Shown piece after piece: positions 1 through 9,468 of a DNA stretch of 64,000 nucleotides. The position numbers and the translations under genes were made by a program. Within the stretch, counting starts at the first letter, position 1; the number at the start of each line of letters is the position of its first letter. The DNA comes from an uncultured Enterobacterales bacterium. Lineage in GTDB: Bacteria; Myxococcota_A; UBA796; CAZKWG01. A model generated the notes under the pieces. That model had not been told where the DNA came from, searched no databases, and saw only the letters and a list, made by a program, of their open reading frames with translations. The DNA is taken from NCBI GenBank assembly GCA_964615375.1, contig CAZTOW010000012.1, positions 1 through 64,000 of the forward strand, given 5' to 3'.

Positions 1-183
1 CAAGGCGCATGCCCGACCATCCTCCTCCCGCGTCAGCGGGGGGAGGTGCCGGCGAAGCCGGCGGAGGGGGGGGCGTGTCGGAGTCCCCCCCTCCGGCCCT
101 CCGGGCCACCTCCCCCCGCTGGCGCGGGAGGAGGATCAAAGCTGCAATTCCATGGCGCTTTCGTCGTAAAAGAGCCGCACCCA
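1..183. repeat. MITE-like palindromic repeat element, copy A (left end truncated by window start)
   Basis: Bases 1-183 match the reverse complement of 32430-32653 over about 180 bp with few mismatches. Ends in TIR GAGCCGCACCC (173-183); internal nested inverted repeats (CCTCCCGCGTCAGCGGGGGGAGGTG ... CACCTCCCCCCGCTGGCGCGGGAGG). Confidence 0.75.
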
Positions 184-411
184 AGAAGGTTCCGACGGAC
201 TGAATCCGCGGCGAGATTCCGATATTTGTCGGCTGCTTCAGCGCGGAGCCCGCTGAGTTCGCAGAGCTCGCGGAGGCCTGCGCGAGCGAGGGCGAGGCGG
301 GTTGGGAGCTCGTCGCCGCGCTCGGGGTGGGGGAGGGGGCGTCGCCATCTGGGGGCGGTGAGCTTGCGACGTCGGGGGCAGGCGCGGATAGATCCCCGGT
401 GGAGGTCGCCC

Positions 412-1872
412 ATGTCCGAGCACGCGGTGGTGATCGTCGGCGCGGGGCCGACGGGGATGATGCTGGCGGGGGAGCTGGCGCTGGCGGGGGTGGAGGTGGT
501 GATCCTCGAGCGGCGCTCGAACCAGGAGATCGTGGGGACGCGGGCGCTGGGCCAGAACGCGCGGACCATCGAGGTGCTGGACCAGCGTGGGATCGCGGGG
601 CGGTTCCTGGGCGCGGGCCTGGCGATGCAGGTCGGGGGCTTCGCCTGGATGCCGCTGGACATCAGCGACCTGCCCGTGCGCCACCCCTACGGCCTCGCGC
701 TCAAGCAGAGCCGCTTCGAGGAGATCCTGGCGGAGTGGGTGCGCGAGCTGGGGGTGCCGACCCTCCACGGCGTCGAGGTGACGGGCTTCGCCCAGGACGA
801 GGCGGGCGTCACGGTGGAGGTCGCCGGCGGGCCCGCCCTCCGCGCCCGGTATCTGGTGGGCTGCGACGGGGGGCGCAGCCTGGTGCGCAAGACGGCGGGG
901 ATCGCGTTCCCGGGCTCCGACGCGACGATGAGCTTCCTCCTGGCGGAGGCCGAGATGGACGCCGCCCCGCCCTGGGGCCTGCACCGTGACACCGTCGGGG
1001 TGCTGGCCTTCGGCAAGGCCGAGGACGGCCGGTCCGTGCGCATGGTGGTGCGCGAGGAGCGCGTGGGGAGCAAGGGCCCGCCCACCCGCGAGGACCTGAG
1101 GGCCACGCTGATCGCGAAGTACGGCACCGACTTCGGCCTGCACGAGCCCGCGTGGATCTCGCGCTTCACCGACGCGACGCGGCAGGCGGCCACCTACCGC
1201 GACCGGCGCGTGCTCCTGGCGGGCGACGCGGCCCACGTTCACGCCCCGCTGGGCGGCCTCGGCCTCAACCTGGGCGTGCAGGACGCCGTGAACCTCGGCT
1301 GGAAGCTGGCGAGCGTGGTGAACGGCGCGGCCCCGGAGAGCCTGCTCGACACCTACCAGGCCGAGCGCCACCCGGTCGGCGCCCGCGTGCTGCAGATGTC
1401 GATGGCCCAGGTCCCGCTGATGCGCTCCGACGATCGCGTCGAGGCCCTCCGCGCCGTGCTGGCTGAGCTCCTGCGCCTGGGCGAGGCCCGCACCTTCCTC
1501 GGCGCGCAGATGTCCGGCCTCGACGTCCGTTACGAGCTCGGCGGCGCGCACCCGCTCGTCGGCCGCGCCATGCCCGACCTCGACCTCGTCACCCCCGAGG
1601 GCGAGGCGCGCGTGTACACGTTGCTCCACGCCGCGCGGCCCGTGCTCCTGGAGCTCGGCGAGGCGTCCGCGCTCGAGCTCGGCGCCTGGCGGGGGAGGGT
1701 CCGGCAGGTGCGGGCCCGCTACAACGGAGAGTGGAGGCTCGTGGGCGCGGGGGTCGTGTCGGCGCCGGTCGCGGCGCTGATCCGCCCCGATGGGCACGTC
1801 GCCTGGGTGAGCGAGGACGGGACGGACGCGGGGCTGGCCGACGCGCTGCAGCGCTGGTTCGGGGCGCCGTAG
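412..1872 (+). CDS. FAD-dependent aromatic-ring monooxygenase (PheA/TfdB-type)
   Basis: VVIVGAGPTGMMLAGELA dinucleotide-binding motif, DGGRSLVR, and GDAAHVHAPLGGLGLNLGVQDAVNLGWKLA FAD fingerprint. Start placed at the ATG giving MSEHAVV; the longer upstream ORF extension overlaps the repeat element. Confidence 0.85.
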   Translation: MSEHAVVIVGAGPTGMMLAGELALAGVEVVILERRSNQEIVGTRALGQNARTIEVLDQRGIAGRFLGAGLAMQVGGFAWMPLDISDLPVRHPYGLALKQSRFEEILAEWVRELGVPTLHGVEVTGFAQDEAGVTVEVAGGPALRARYLVGCDGGRSLVRKTAGIAFPGSDATMSFLLAEAEMDAAPPWGLHRDTVGVLAFGKAEDGRSVRMVVREERVGSKGPPTREDLRATLIAKYGTDFGLHEPAWISRFTDATRQAATYRDRRVLLAGDAAHVHAPLGGLGLNLGVQDAVNLGWKLASVVNGAAPESLLDTYQAERHPVGARVLQMSMAQVPLMRSDDRVEALRAVLAELLRLGEARTFLGAQMSGLDVRYELGGAHPLVGRAMPDLDLVTPEGEARVYTLLHAARPVLLELGEASALELGAWRGRVRQVRARYNGEWRLVGAGVVSAPVAALIRPDGHVAWVSEDGTDAGLADALQRWFGAP

Positions 1873-1940
1873 ACATTCGCGCGCCCCGGCCAGGGGTGGC
1901 TCTGCCCCGTTCGACGCGGTAAACTGGCCTGGGAGGCTCC

Positions 1941-3716
1941 ATGACGCTCGCCCTGCTCTCGCTGCTCGGCTGCGAGCCGACCACCGGCAAGGTCCCCGGC
2001 GTGGTCGACAGCGCCCTCGACACCGCCAGCCCCCAGGACAGCCAGCCCTCCGAGGACCCCGACCCCGCGATCGAGCCCGTCCCCGGCACGGATCTGGACG
2101 ACGAGGGCTGCCCCACGCTCTACCAGCAGGACCGCCTCCCCGTCTTCGAGCTGGAGATCACCGAGGAGGACTGGGCGGCCTTGGAGGCTGACTACAGCAC
2201 GGGCGTCGAGCAGTACCACCCGACGACCTTCCTCTACCGGAACGCCTCCGGCGGCGAGCTGCGCGTCGAGGACGCCAGCGTGCGCCTGCGCGGCAACCCC
2301 GGCTTCTCCTGGATCGGCGAGAAGATGCAGTTCGGGATCGCGTTCAACGAGGAGGACCCGGAGGGGCGCTTCCTCGGGCTGCGCCACCTGAGCCTGGACG
2401 CCGTCTGGTACGAGCCGTCCATGCTGCGCGACCGGCTGGCCTACGCCTACCTGCGCCGCCTGGGCGTGCCCGCCCCCTGCGCCAACAACGCGGAGCTCTG
2501 GGTGAACGGCGCCTATTACGGTCTCTACAAGAATGTAGAGTACCCCGACCGGGAGTGGGTGGAGCGCGTCTTCGGCGACGACGACGCGACGGGCGTGCTG
2601 TGGAAGTACGGCAGCGATCCGACCGTCAACGCCGAGAGCGCCGACGCCGCGCACATGGCCGAGTTCTGGGCCAACACCAGCGTCGCCTGGCAGGAGGCTC
2701 ACACCGACCTGGACGCCAACGTGCTGGAGTGGGCGGGGGAGGTCGTGCTCCCGCAGAACGACGGCTACTGGTGCTGCAACCACAACTTCTACTTGTATGA
2801 GCACCCCACGCGCGGCATCCTGTTCCTGCCCTGGGACATGGACTTCGCGTTTGACGACACGCCCTACTTCGCCGACCCCAACACCTTCTATCGTGACTCC
2901 AACTACCAGCCGCACCTGGACGCCGTCAGCGCCGACCCCACCTGGGGCCCGGTCTTCCTGTCCGCGCTGCGGGAGGCGGTGGACGCCTATGACCCCGACC
3001 TGATGCAGGGCTGGCTGGACGAGTGGCAGGCGCAGATCGCGGCCTCCCACGCGGCCGATCCCCACACGCCCCACTCGGTGCAGACCCAACAGGACGCCTA
3101 CGAGAGGTTGCGCGCCTATCTGCGCAACCGCCACGCCTGGATGGACGCCTGGGTGCGCTGTCGAGAGGGCGAGGGGGACGGGGACGGCGACGGCGTCGGC
3201 CCCTGCTCTGACTGCGACGACGCGGACGCCAGCATCTACCCCGGGGCGACGGAGACCTGCGACGGACGCGACACCGACTGCGACGGGCTCGTGGACGACG
3301 CGCTCGGCTGCGACACCTGCGACGCCTACAGCTTCGAGTCCGGCGAGTTCCGTCTCTGCACGACGCCGATGAGCTGGGAGGACGCGCAGGCCGCCTGCGA
3401 GGCCGAGGGGGGCGAGCTCGGGTTCCCTCTCAGCTCTGGCGAGTGGTACGTGTACTGGTTGCACCAGTACTGGCAGGAGCTCGCCTGGCTCGGCGTCAGC
3501 ACCTGGTGGCTCGGGGCCACCGACGCGGCCAGTGAGGGGACCTGGCTCACGCCGAGCGGAGAGCCCGCTTCCCCCTGGGCGAGCTGGGGCGCGGGCACCC
3601 CCAACGGCGGCGCCTCCGAGCAGTGCGCCATGACCAGCCCGTACACCTGGACCTGGGACGACGCGGACTGCGCGCTGGAGAAGCCCGCGTTCTGCCGGGT
3701 GGAGCTGGGGCCTTGA
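1941..3716 (+). CDS. CotH kinase-family lipoprotein with C-terminal MopE-like Cys/Asp motif and C-type lectin domain
   Basis: Lipobox LLSLLGC. CotH-like core (LRDRLAYAYLRRLGVPAPCANNAELWVNGAYYGLYKNVE). Acidic GEGDGDGDG linker. CSDCDDADASIYPGATETCDGRDTDCDG motif. C-type lectin signature (WLGATDAASEGTW ... CAMTSPYTWTWDDADC). Confidence 0.8.
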   Translation: MTLALLSLLGCEPTTGKVPGVVDSALDTASPQDSQPSEDPDPAIEPVPGTDLDDEGCPTLYQQDRLPVFELEITEEDWAALEADYSTGVEQYHPTTFLYRNASGGELRVEDASVRLRGNPGFSWIGEKMQFGIAFNEEDPEGRFLGLRHLSLDAVWYEPSMLRDRLAYAYLRRLGVPAPCANNAELWVNGAYYGLYKNVEYPDREWVERVFGDDDATGVLWKYGSDPTVNAESADAAHMAEFWANTSVAWQEAHTDLDANVLEWAGEVVLPQNDGYWCCNHNFYLYEHPTRGILFLPWDMDFAFDDTPYFADPNTFYRDSNYQPHLDAVSADPTWGPVFLSALREAVDAYDPDLMQGWLDEWQAQIAASHAADPHTPHSVQTQQDAYERLRAYLRNRHAWMDAWVRCREGEGDGDGDGVGPCSDCDDADASIYPGATETCDGRDTDCDGLVDDALGCDTCDAYSFESGEFRLCTTPMSWEDAQAACEAEGGELGFPLSSGEWYVYWLHQYWQELAWLGVSTWWLGATDAASEGTWLTPSGEPASPWASWGAGTPNGGASEQCAMTSPYTWTWDDADCALEKPAFCRVELGP

Positions 3717-3731
3717 GCCGTGGATCAGCCC

Positions 3732-4262
3732 TCACCGAGGCCGGATCCGCACCACGCGCGTCCCCGCGACCAGATCGTGCAGACAGCGGCGGTCCTTGCG
3801 GAAGATGAACAGGCTGTCGAGAATCAGCGCGGGCAGCGGCAGCAGCCCGCAAGAGGCCGCGCTCAGCACCCAGTACACCAGGAGCGGCAGCAGACCGCGC
3901 AACAGGAGCCGGTTCCCGGGCTTCTCTTCGCCCAGGATGTCTACGACCTGGAGCCCCAGGAGCCGCTTCCCCACGCTCTGCCCGGAGCGCCAGAGCAGGT
4001 AGAGCTGAAGGACCTGCCAGAGCGCGTAGGGCGCGATCAGGAGGGGCAAGGCGGCGTCGCTCGCGTCGAACACGTCGTTGGTGAGCCTCCACTCGCCCAC
4101 CTGCGAAGAGGCGAACATGCTCCCGATCGCCGCCAGGCTCGCGCCGCCCATGTCCACGAGCGCGGCCAGGAGCCGCTCCCCCCGGCTCGCCAGCTCGGAC
4201 AGATCGGGCTCGGGATCGGCCAGGACCGCCAGCGGAGGCTGATAGGGGTTGTGCTCGGCCAT
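3732..4262 (-). CDS. RDD family membrane protein
   Basis: GQSVGKRLLGLQVVD ... CLHDLVAGTRVV RDD motif with hydrophobic segments. The overlapping + strand ORF is a GC-frame artefact. Confidence 0.7.
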   Translation of the reverse strand: MAEHNPYQPPLAVLADPEPDLSELASRGERLLAALVDMGGASLAAIGSMFASSQVGEWRLTNDVFDASDAALPLLIAPYALWQVLQLYLLWRSGQSVGKRLLGLQVVDILGEEKPGNRLLLRGLLPLLVYWVLSAASCGLLPLPALILDSLFIFRKDRRCLHDLVAGTRVVRIRPR

Positions 4263-4314
4263 GACGCATCATAGCCCAGATGCATCGAGGCCCTCGTCGC
4301 CCGGGGAGGTCGTC

Positions 4315-5388
4315 ATGCTCACCATCCTCTTCTTCGCCTGCCACGCTGACGGCCCCGCGGTCGTCTCCGCCGAGGAGCTGGGCATCGTCAGCCAGAGCGA
4401 GGCCATCCAGGGGCGCGACGGCGGTCAGAGCGCGCGGCTGTGGGGGCGCTCGGTCTGGACCTACGGCGACACCGTGCTGAACGTGAACGACGTGGACGGA
4501 CGGAACTGGCACCACAACTCGGTGTCCTGGACCGAGGATCTGGACGCCACCGACGGCGTGGACGATCTCACCGAGCCCCTGGACGAGGTCGGCGCGCCCG
4601 CCTACCTCATCGCCCCCACCGACGACGAGCGCACGTTGAACGAGGCCCACTGGGACGACGGCGACTGCGAGGAGCCCTGCGGCGCCCGCTGGGCCGTCTG
4701 GCCCGGCAGCCCCGTCTGGGACGAGCAGAACCAGCGCGCGATCCTGTTCTATGGCCTCATCTACGCCGAGCCCGGGGACTTCAATTTCGAGGGGAAGGGG
4801 AGCTCCATCGCCCTCTGGACCGACCCCGACGGCCCCGCCGAGCGCCCCACCATCGGCCGCGTCGCCGATCATCCGGACCTGATCTGGGCCGAGGACGAGG
4901 GCGAGCTCGGCAACGGCTCCGCCATCGAGGACGGCTACCTCTACACCTTCTCCTGCCCGCAGCGCGGGTGGAGCCGACCCTGCGGGCTCGCCCGCGCGCC
5001 CCTGGATGACGTGCAGGATCACGACGCCTGGCGCTTCTGGGATGGCCGGGCCTGGGGCGAGGACATGGACGCGGCCGAGGGCCTCTTCGACGGCGCGCCC
5101 ATCCTCTCCCTCGACTACAACCCCTACCTGAATTCCTGGCTCGTGGTGTACTCGCCCACGCTGAGCAGCCAGATCGTCGCGCGCACCGCGCCCGAGCTCA
5201 CCGGCCCCTGGTCGCGCGAGGCCGTGCTCTACGAGCCCACCGGCGCGGACGAGGACCCCTACGACGCCGTCGCCCACGCCGAGCTCGCCGAGGACGACGG
5301 GCGCGTGATCTACGTCACCTGGTCGCGGAGCAACGGGGTCGGCTGGTTCGGGACGGAGTTCGCGCTGCTGCGGGTGGAATTCGAGTGA
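4315..5388 (+). CDS. hypothetical secreted lipoprotein
   Basis: Start at MLTILFFAC (lipobox). Diverse composition; W/D-rich globular protein; no domain confidently recognised. Confidence 0.6.
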   Translation: MLTILFFACHADGPAVVSAEELGIVSQSEAIQGRDGGQSARLWGRSVWTYGDTVLNVNDVDGRNWHHNSVSWTEDLDATDGVDDLTEPLDEVGAPAYLIAPTDDERTLNEAHWDDGDCEEPCGARWAVWPGSPVWDEQNQRAILFYGLIYAEPGDFNFEGKGSSIALWTDPDGPAERPTIGRVADHPDLIWAEDEGELGNGSAIEDGYLYTFSCPQRGWSRPCGLARAPLDDVQDHDAWRFWDGRAWGEDMDAAEGLFDGAPILSLDYNPYLNSWLVVYSPTLSSQIVARTAPELTGPWSREAVLYEPTGADEDPYDAVAHAELAEDDGRVIYVTWSRSNGVGWFGTEFALLRVEFE

Positions 5389-5565
5389 GGGGCGCTCCTG
5401 TCGGTCTCTGGGGTTGGCTGATGGCTGAGGTTCTGGTGAGTGTTCTGTCGTGGAAGTGTGCTTTAAAGAAGTAAGATCGCCATACGGCCATACGGTGTCA
5501 GGTTGTTCTCATTTCATTTTTCCTGCTTCTTGAACTCTCGCGACGCGCCTGGCATGTAAGGAGCG

Positions 5566-6606
5566 ATGAGCTCTCGCCTCTCCGCCGTCCTCGACCTCGA
5601 CCTCGCGCAGGCTCGCGCACAATGGGAGCGGGTGCGCGCGCGCGAGCGACGGTCGCGGCAGGAGCCCTTCCTGCCGATCGAGGTGATCCTCTGCTACGGC
5701 CTGTTCCGGTTGATCGACCCCCACCGCTTCGGCGGGAGCAACATCGGGTCCATCCCCGCAGAGGTGGCCGCCCTGGCCTCCACCCTGCAACGGTCCCCAG
5801 GGTCGCTCACCAACAAGATGTTGAACCTGGATGGATCGCGGCCGAACGCGGCGAAGGACGAGCCCGAGCTCTTCCTCCGCCTGTCGGTCGAGCCCGATCG
5901 CTTCGCGGCCCTCTACCTGTTGGTGATCCACGCCGCGCGCGAGGCCGGCCTCGACGAGCGCCAGGTCCCCGACCTGCTGGAGGGCCTGGAGGTAGACGAG
6001 ATCCCGATGCTCGGGCAGGACGAGCTCGGGAGCCGCGAGCTCGCCCTGATCGCCGATGAGCAGCGCGACGAGATCCAACGGATACACACAGACTTCGATC
6101 TCCCTGAACCTGCGACGACGCGGATCGTCGAGCAGCGTGTCCGCCTCGGCCAGCACCGCTTCGCGACGGCGGTGCTGCGGAACTATGACCATCGCTGCGC
6201 GTTCTGCGGCTTCGCCCCCAGGCGCCTGGCGCGCCATCGGATGCTGGTCGCCTCCCACATCAAGCCCTGGGCGGTCAGCAGCCCGCGCGAGCGTCTCGAC
6301 GTCCGCAACGGCATCGCCGCCTGTCCGATGCACGACAGCGCCTTCGACTCGGGGTTGATCACGGTCAATGGCGGCCTGCGCGTTCACCGCGCCGATCTGC
6401 TGGATCGCAGCATCCTGGAGGACGCCAGAGTCGGGTACTACTTCGAGGAGCCCGCTCTCCAGGACCGGCTGCTCCTCCCCGAGGGAGGCCGACGGCCGGC
6501 GGACATCTATCTGAAGTACCACCGCGAGCAGCGCTTCCGCGGCAAGGCTGATTGGGAGCTCGCGAAGGCCGGTGTCCGCCCCCTGCGCCGCCCCCCCCAC
6601 CCCTGA
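5566..6606 (+). CDS. HNH endonuclease (HNH_2-type, restriction-endonuclease-like) with N-terminal domain of unknown function
   Basis: C-terminal HRCAFCG ... ASHIKPW ... NGIAACPMHDSAFDSGLI HNH motif. Preceded by a 175-bp AT-rich spacer (5389-5565). GC slightly below neighbours. Confidence 0.75.
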   Translation: MSSRLSAVLDLDLAQARAQWERVRARERRSRQEPFLPIEVILCYGLFRLIDPHRFGGSNIGSIPAEVAALASTLQRSPGSLTNKMLNLDGSRPNAAKDEPELFLRLSVEPDRFAALYLLVIHAAREAGLDERQVPDLLEGLEVDEIPMLGQDELGSRELALIADEQRDEIQRIHTDFDLPEPATTRIVEQRVRLGQHRFATAVLRNYDHRCAFCGFAPRRLARHRMLVASHIKPWAVSSPRERLDVRNGIAACPMHDSAFDSGLITVNGGLRVHRADLLDRSILEDARVGYYFEEPALQDRLLLPEGGRRPADIYLKYHREQRFRGKADWELAKAGVRPLRRPPHP

Positions 6607-6609
6607 CCC

Positions 6610-7779
6610 TCACCCCCGCCGCAGCCGTAGGATCACCGGCGTCGCCAGCACCGCCAACCCCGACGACAGCGCCAGCGCCACCGGCGCCCCCTGCCGCTCC
6701 CACAACCACCCCAGCAGGCTCCCCCCCGTCGCCGCCCCGAGCCCCTGCACCAGGTGGAAGACCCCAAACGCCGCGCCCCGCCGCTCCGCGGGCGCCGTGT
6801 CCGCGATCAGGCTGGACATCACCCCCTGCGTCAGCCCCATGTGCAGGCCCCAGAGCGCCACGCCGACGATGACGCCCGCGAGCCCCAGCGGCAGGGCGAG
6901 CGCCAGGTTGGCCAGGACGAAGCAGCCGAAGCCGGCGGCGATGACGGCGCTCCGCCCCACGCGGTCGGAGGCCCAGCCGGCGGGCCAGGAGGAGAGGGCG
7001 TAGACGGCGCTCATCTCGGCCAGGAGCAGGGGGGTGCCGACCTCGCCCAGGCCCGCCTCGATGCCGCGGACCAGCAGCATCCCCTCGCCGTAGCGGGCGA
7101 AGGCCAGGGCGCCGACGACGGCGATGGCCAGCCAGAAGCGCCCGCCCAGGCCGCCGAGGCCTCCCCAGGGGGCGCGCCGGCTGGGCGCCCGCGACTCGGG
7201 CTCGCGCACGCCCAGGACCAGGAGCGCGACCGCGAAGACGGCGGGGACCACCGCCCAGCCCAGGACGGCCCGCACGTCGCCGCCGCTGGCCAGCATGAGC
7301 GCGCTCGCCAGCACCGGCCCGCCGATGGCGCCGACGTTGTCCAGGCTCTGGCGCAGGCCGTAGGCCCTCCCCCGCAGCGCGGGCGGCGTGACGTCGGCCA
7401 CCAGCGCGTCCCGCGGCGCCCCGCGCACGCCCTTGCCCAGGCGGTCCAGGAACCGTGCCCCCAGCACGAGCCCCGGCGTCGTGGCGTAGGGGAAGAGCGG
7501 GCGCACCAGGGCGGAGAGCCCGTAGCCAGCGACGGCGACCCACTTCCGGTGCCCCAGCCGGTCAGAGAGCGCGCCGGAGAAGACCTTGACCAGGCTGGCC
7601 GTGCCCTCGGCGATCCCGTCGATGAGCCCGACCATGGCCGGCCCGGCGCCCAGCGGGCCCATCAGGAAGGCCGGCAGGACCGCGTGCATCATCTCGGTGC
7701 CCAGGTCCATGAACAGGCTGACCAGCCCCAGCACGATGACGGCGCGTGGGATCCGCGTCGAAGCCGTCTCTTCGCTCAC
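6610..7779 (-). CDS. MFS transporter
   Basis: Multiple TM helices; MFS signature (GALSDRLGHRKW, GLVSLFMDLGTEM); about 12 hydrophobic spans. Confidence 0.8.
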   Translation of the reverse strand: MSEETASTRIPRAVIVLGLVSLFMDLGTEMMHAVLPAFLMGPLGAGPAMVGLIDGIAEGTASLVKVFSGALSDRLGHRKWVAVAGYGLSALVRPLFPYATTPGLVLGARFLDRLGKGVRGAPRDALVADVTPPALRGRAYGLRQSLDNVGAIGGPVLASALMLASGGDVRAVLGWAVVPAVFAVALLVLGVREPESRAPSRRAPWGGLGGLGGRFWLAIAVVGALAFARYGEGMLLVRGIEAGLGEVGTPLLLAEMSAVYALSSWPAGWASDRVGRSAVIAAGFGCFVLANLALALPLGLAGVIVGVALWGLHMGLTQGVMSSLIADTAPAERRGAAFGVFHLVQGLGAATGGSLLGWLWERQGAPVALALSSGLAVLATPVILRLRRG

Positions 7780-8708
7780 TCGAGCCCCTCCGCCGCCAGC
7801 CAGTCCAGCGCGTCCGCCAGGCCATCATCCAGCGAGGGCTGGGCGATCTCCCCCCAGAGCGAGCGCGCCAGGGAATGATCCCCGATCAGCGCCTCTATCT
7901 CGCCAGCCCGCCGAGGGAGCGCGCCCACCTGCACCAGTCCCGGGTCGGCGCCGGCCAGCCGGAAGACCCGCGCCACCACGTCGCGCACGCTGGCCACCTC
8001 GCCCCCGCCCAGGTTCAGCACCCGCCCCAGCGCGCCGGGGTGCGCGCCCGCCGCCACGATGCCCTCGGCCAGGGCGTCCATGTGGTTCCACTCGCGGAGC
8101 TGCGCCCCGTCGGTCATCGCGAAGGGCTCGCCGGCCAGGGCCGCGCGGGCGGCGCTGGCGATGACGCTCTGACGGTCGCCGGGCCCGTATCCGCGGAAGG
8201 GTCGTACAACCGTGGCTTGTAGTCCGGCGCTGCGGGTGAGCCCCAGCACCCAGGCCGTCGCCGCCACCTTCAGCGCCGAGTAGGGCGAGACCGGCTCCGG
8301 GGCCTGGTCCTCGCGGAAGGGCGGGGGCAGGGTGCCGTACTCCTCGCAGGTCCCCGCCGAGACCAGGCGCGCCCCCACCGCCAGGCAGGCCCGCGCCACC
8401 GCCGCCGTCCCGTCCAGGATGCCCGGCCGCAGGCGCTCGTAGAGGTGGGGGTCGCGGCGCAGGTCCACCGGGCTGGCCAGGTGGAAGACCACGGCGGGGC
8501 GCGTGGCGCCGATGACGGCCTCGGCCTCGTCGGGCAGGCTCATCGGGTGGGCGATGACGCCCTCGGGCGGCAGGCGCCGGCACCCGGTCCCGTGGACCTC
8601 GGCCCCGAGCTCCAGCAGCAGCCGCGCCACCGCCCCGCCGAGGAAGCCCGACGCGCCGGTGACCATCACCCTGACCCCGAGCCATCGGGTGGCGGAAGCC
8701 CACTCCAC
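7776..8708 (-). CDS. NAD-dependent epimerase/dehydratase family protein
   Basis: VTGASGFLGGAVARLL Rossmann motif; YSALK active-site motif. The true start may be the internal Met at about 8666. Stop overlaps the MFS start. Confidence 0.8.
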   Translation of the reverse strand: MEWASATRWLGVRVMVTGASGFLGGAVARLLLELGAEVHGTGCRRLPPEGVIAHPMSLPDEAEAVIGATRPAVVFHLASPVDLRRDPHLYERLRPGILDGTAAVARACLAVGARLVSAGTCEEYGTLPPPFREDQAPEPVSPYSALKVAATAWVLGLTRSAGLQATVVRPFRGYGPGDRQSVIASAARAALAGEPFAMTDGAQLREWNHMDALAEGIVAAGAHPGALGRVLNLGGGEVASVRDVVARVFRLAGADPGLVQVGALPRRAGEIEALIGDHSLARSLWGEIAQPSLDDGLADALDWLAAEGLE

Positions 8709-8776
8709 TGGGTACGACTCCGCGCACGAGGATACACCCTCGAGGGTCGGGCTTCGCCGAAGCCCAGGAGGCGCCC

Positions 8777-9466
8777 ATGATCCTGCTCGCCCTGCTGTTG
8801 AGCGCGTGTCGGTTCGAGGCCAGCTCGAAGATCAGCGACGACTCCGCCAGCGAGGGCGAAGGGGAGGGCGAGGGCGAGGGCGAAGGGGAGGGCGAAGGCG
8901 AAGGCGAGGGCGAGGGCGAGGGCGAGGAGCCCGACCCCGAGGACGTGGACGACGACGGCGACGGGATCACCGAGAACGACGGCGACTGCGACGACACCGA
9001 CGGCACGGTCTACCCGGGGGCCGAGGACGGCTGCGACGGCGTGGACGAGGACTGCGACGACGAGGTGGACGAGGACGCCTGGGCCGACGACGCCAACGAG
9101 CCGAACGACGACAGCGAGACCGATCTCGGCACCCTGGCCGAGGACGAGGTCATCAGCGCCTCCGGGATCCTGCACAACGACGAGGACGTGGACCTCTTCC
9201 TCTTCGACATGGAGGACTCGAGCTGGGGCTCCTTCGTGCTGACCGTGCGGCTGTCCGGCGTGCCCGACGACGCGGACTACGGGTTGAAGCTGGAGTTCCT
9301 GGACGGGGACGAGGTCATCGACCAGGTGGAGGGCGGGGGCACGCTCTCGATCGAGCTGGAGGACACGCTGGCCTACGAGGACGGCGGGACCTACCGGGTC
9401 ACCATCGACGCCGACAGCGGGGCGGACTGCAGCCGCAGCTACCTGCTCAGCCTGGATCTCGAGTAG
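8777..9466 (+). CDS. acidic lipoprotein with (GE)n linker, MopE-like Cys/Asp motif and pre-peptidase C-terminal-like domain
   Basis: RBS CAGGAGG upstream. Lipobox LLLSAC. (GE)x13 encoded by a (GAGGGC)n microsatellite. CDDTDGTVYPGAEDGCDGVDEDCDDE motif. Confidence 0.7.
   Translation: MILLALLLSACRFEASSKISDDSASEGEGEGEGEGEGEGEGEGEGEGEGEEPDPEDVDDDGDGITENDGDCDDTDGTVYPGAEDGCDGVDEDCDDEVDEDAWADDANEPNDDSETDLGTLAEDEVISASGILHNDEDVDLFLFDMEDSSWGSFVLTVRLSGVPDDADYGLKLEFLDGDEVIDQVEGGGTLSIELEDTLAYEDGGTYRVTIDADSGADCSRSYLLSLDLE
8853..8930 (+). repeat. (GAGGGC)n hexanucleotide microsatellite encoding (GE)13 linker
   Basis: Seen directly; inside the lipoprotein gene just after the lipobox. Confidence 0.9.
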
Positions 9467-9468
9467 AG

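Noticed and set aside
238-5277. Long minus-strand ORFs (238-1797, 1719-3464, 3547-5277) and other 150-580-aa ORFs overlapping annotated genes
   Set aside because: Their translations are Arg/Pro/Gly/Ala-rich low-complexity strings typical of out-of-frame or antisense reading in 70% GC DNA. Each overlaps a gene with clear domain signatures on the other strand.
5485-5500. CCATACGGCCATACGG direct repeat in the AT-rich spacer upstream of the HNH gene
   Set aside because: Only two 8-bp copies; too short to call a functional repeat. Mentioned within the HNH finding instead.
8503-9468. N-terminal extension of the CrtI-like oxidoreductase ORF and of the S8 protease ORF (16621-18315)
   Set aside because: The extensions are antisense to the epimerase and rocD genes respectively and low complexity. 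Conserved N-termini begin at 9469 and about 18316.
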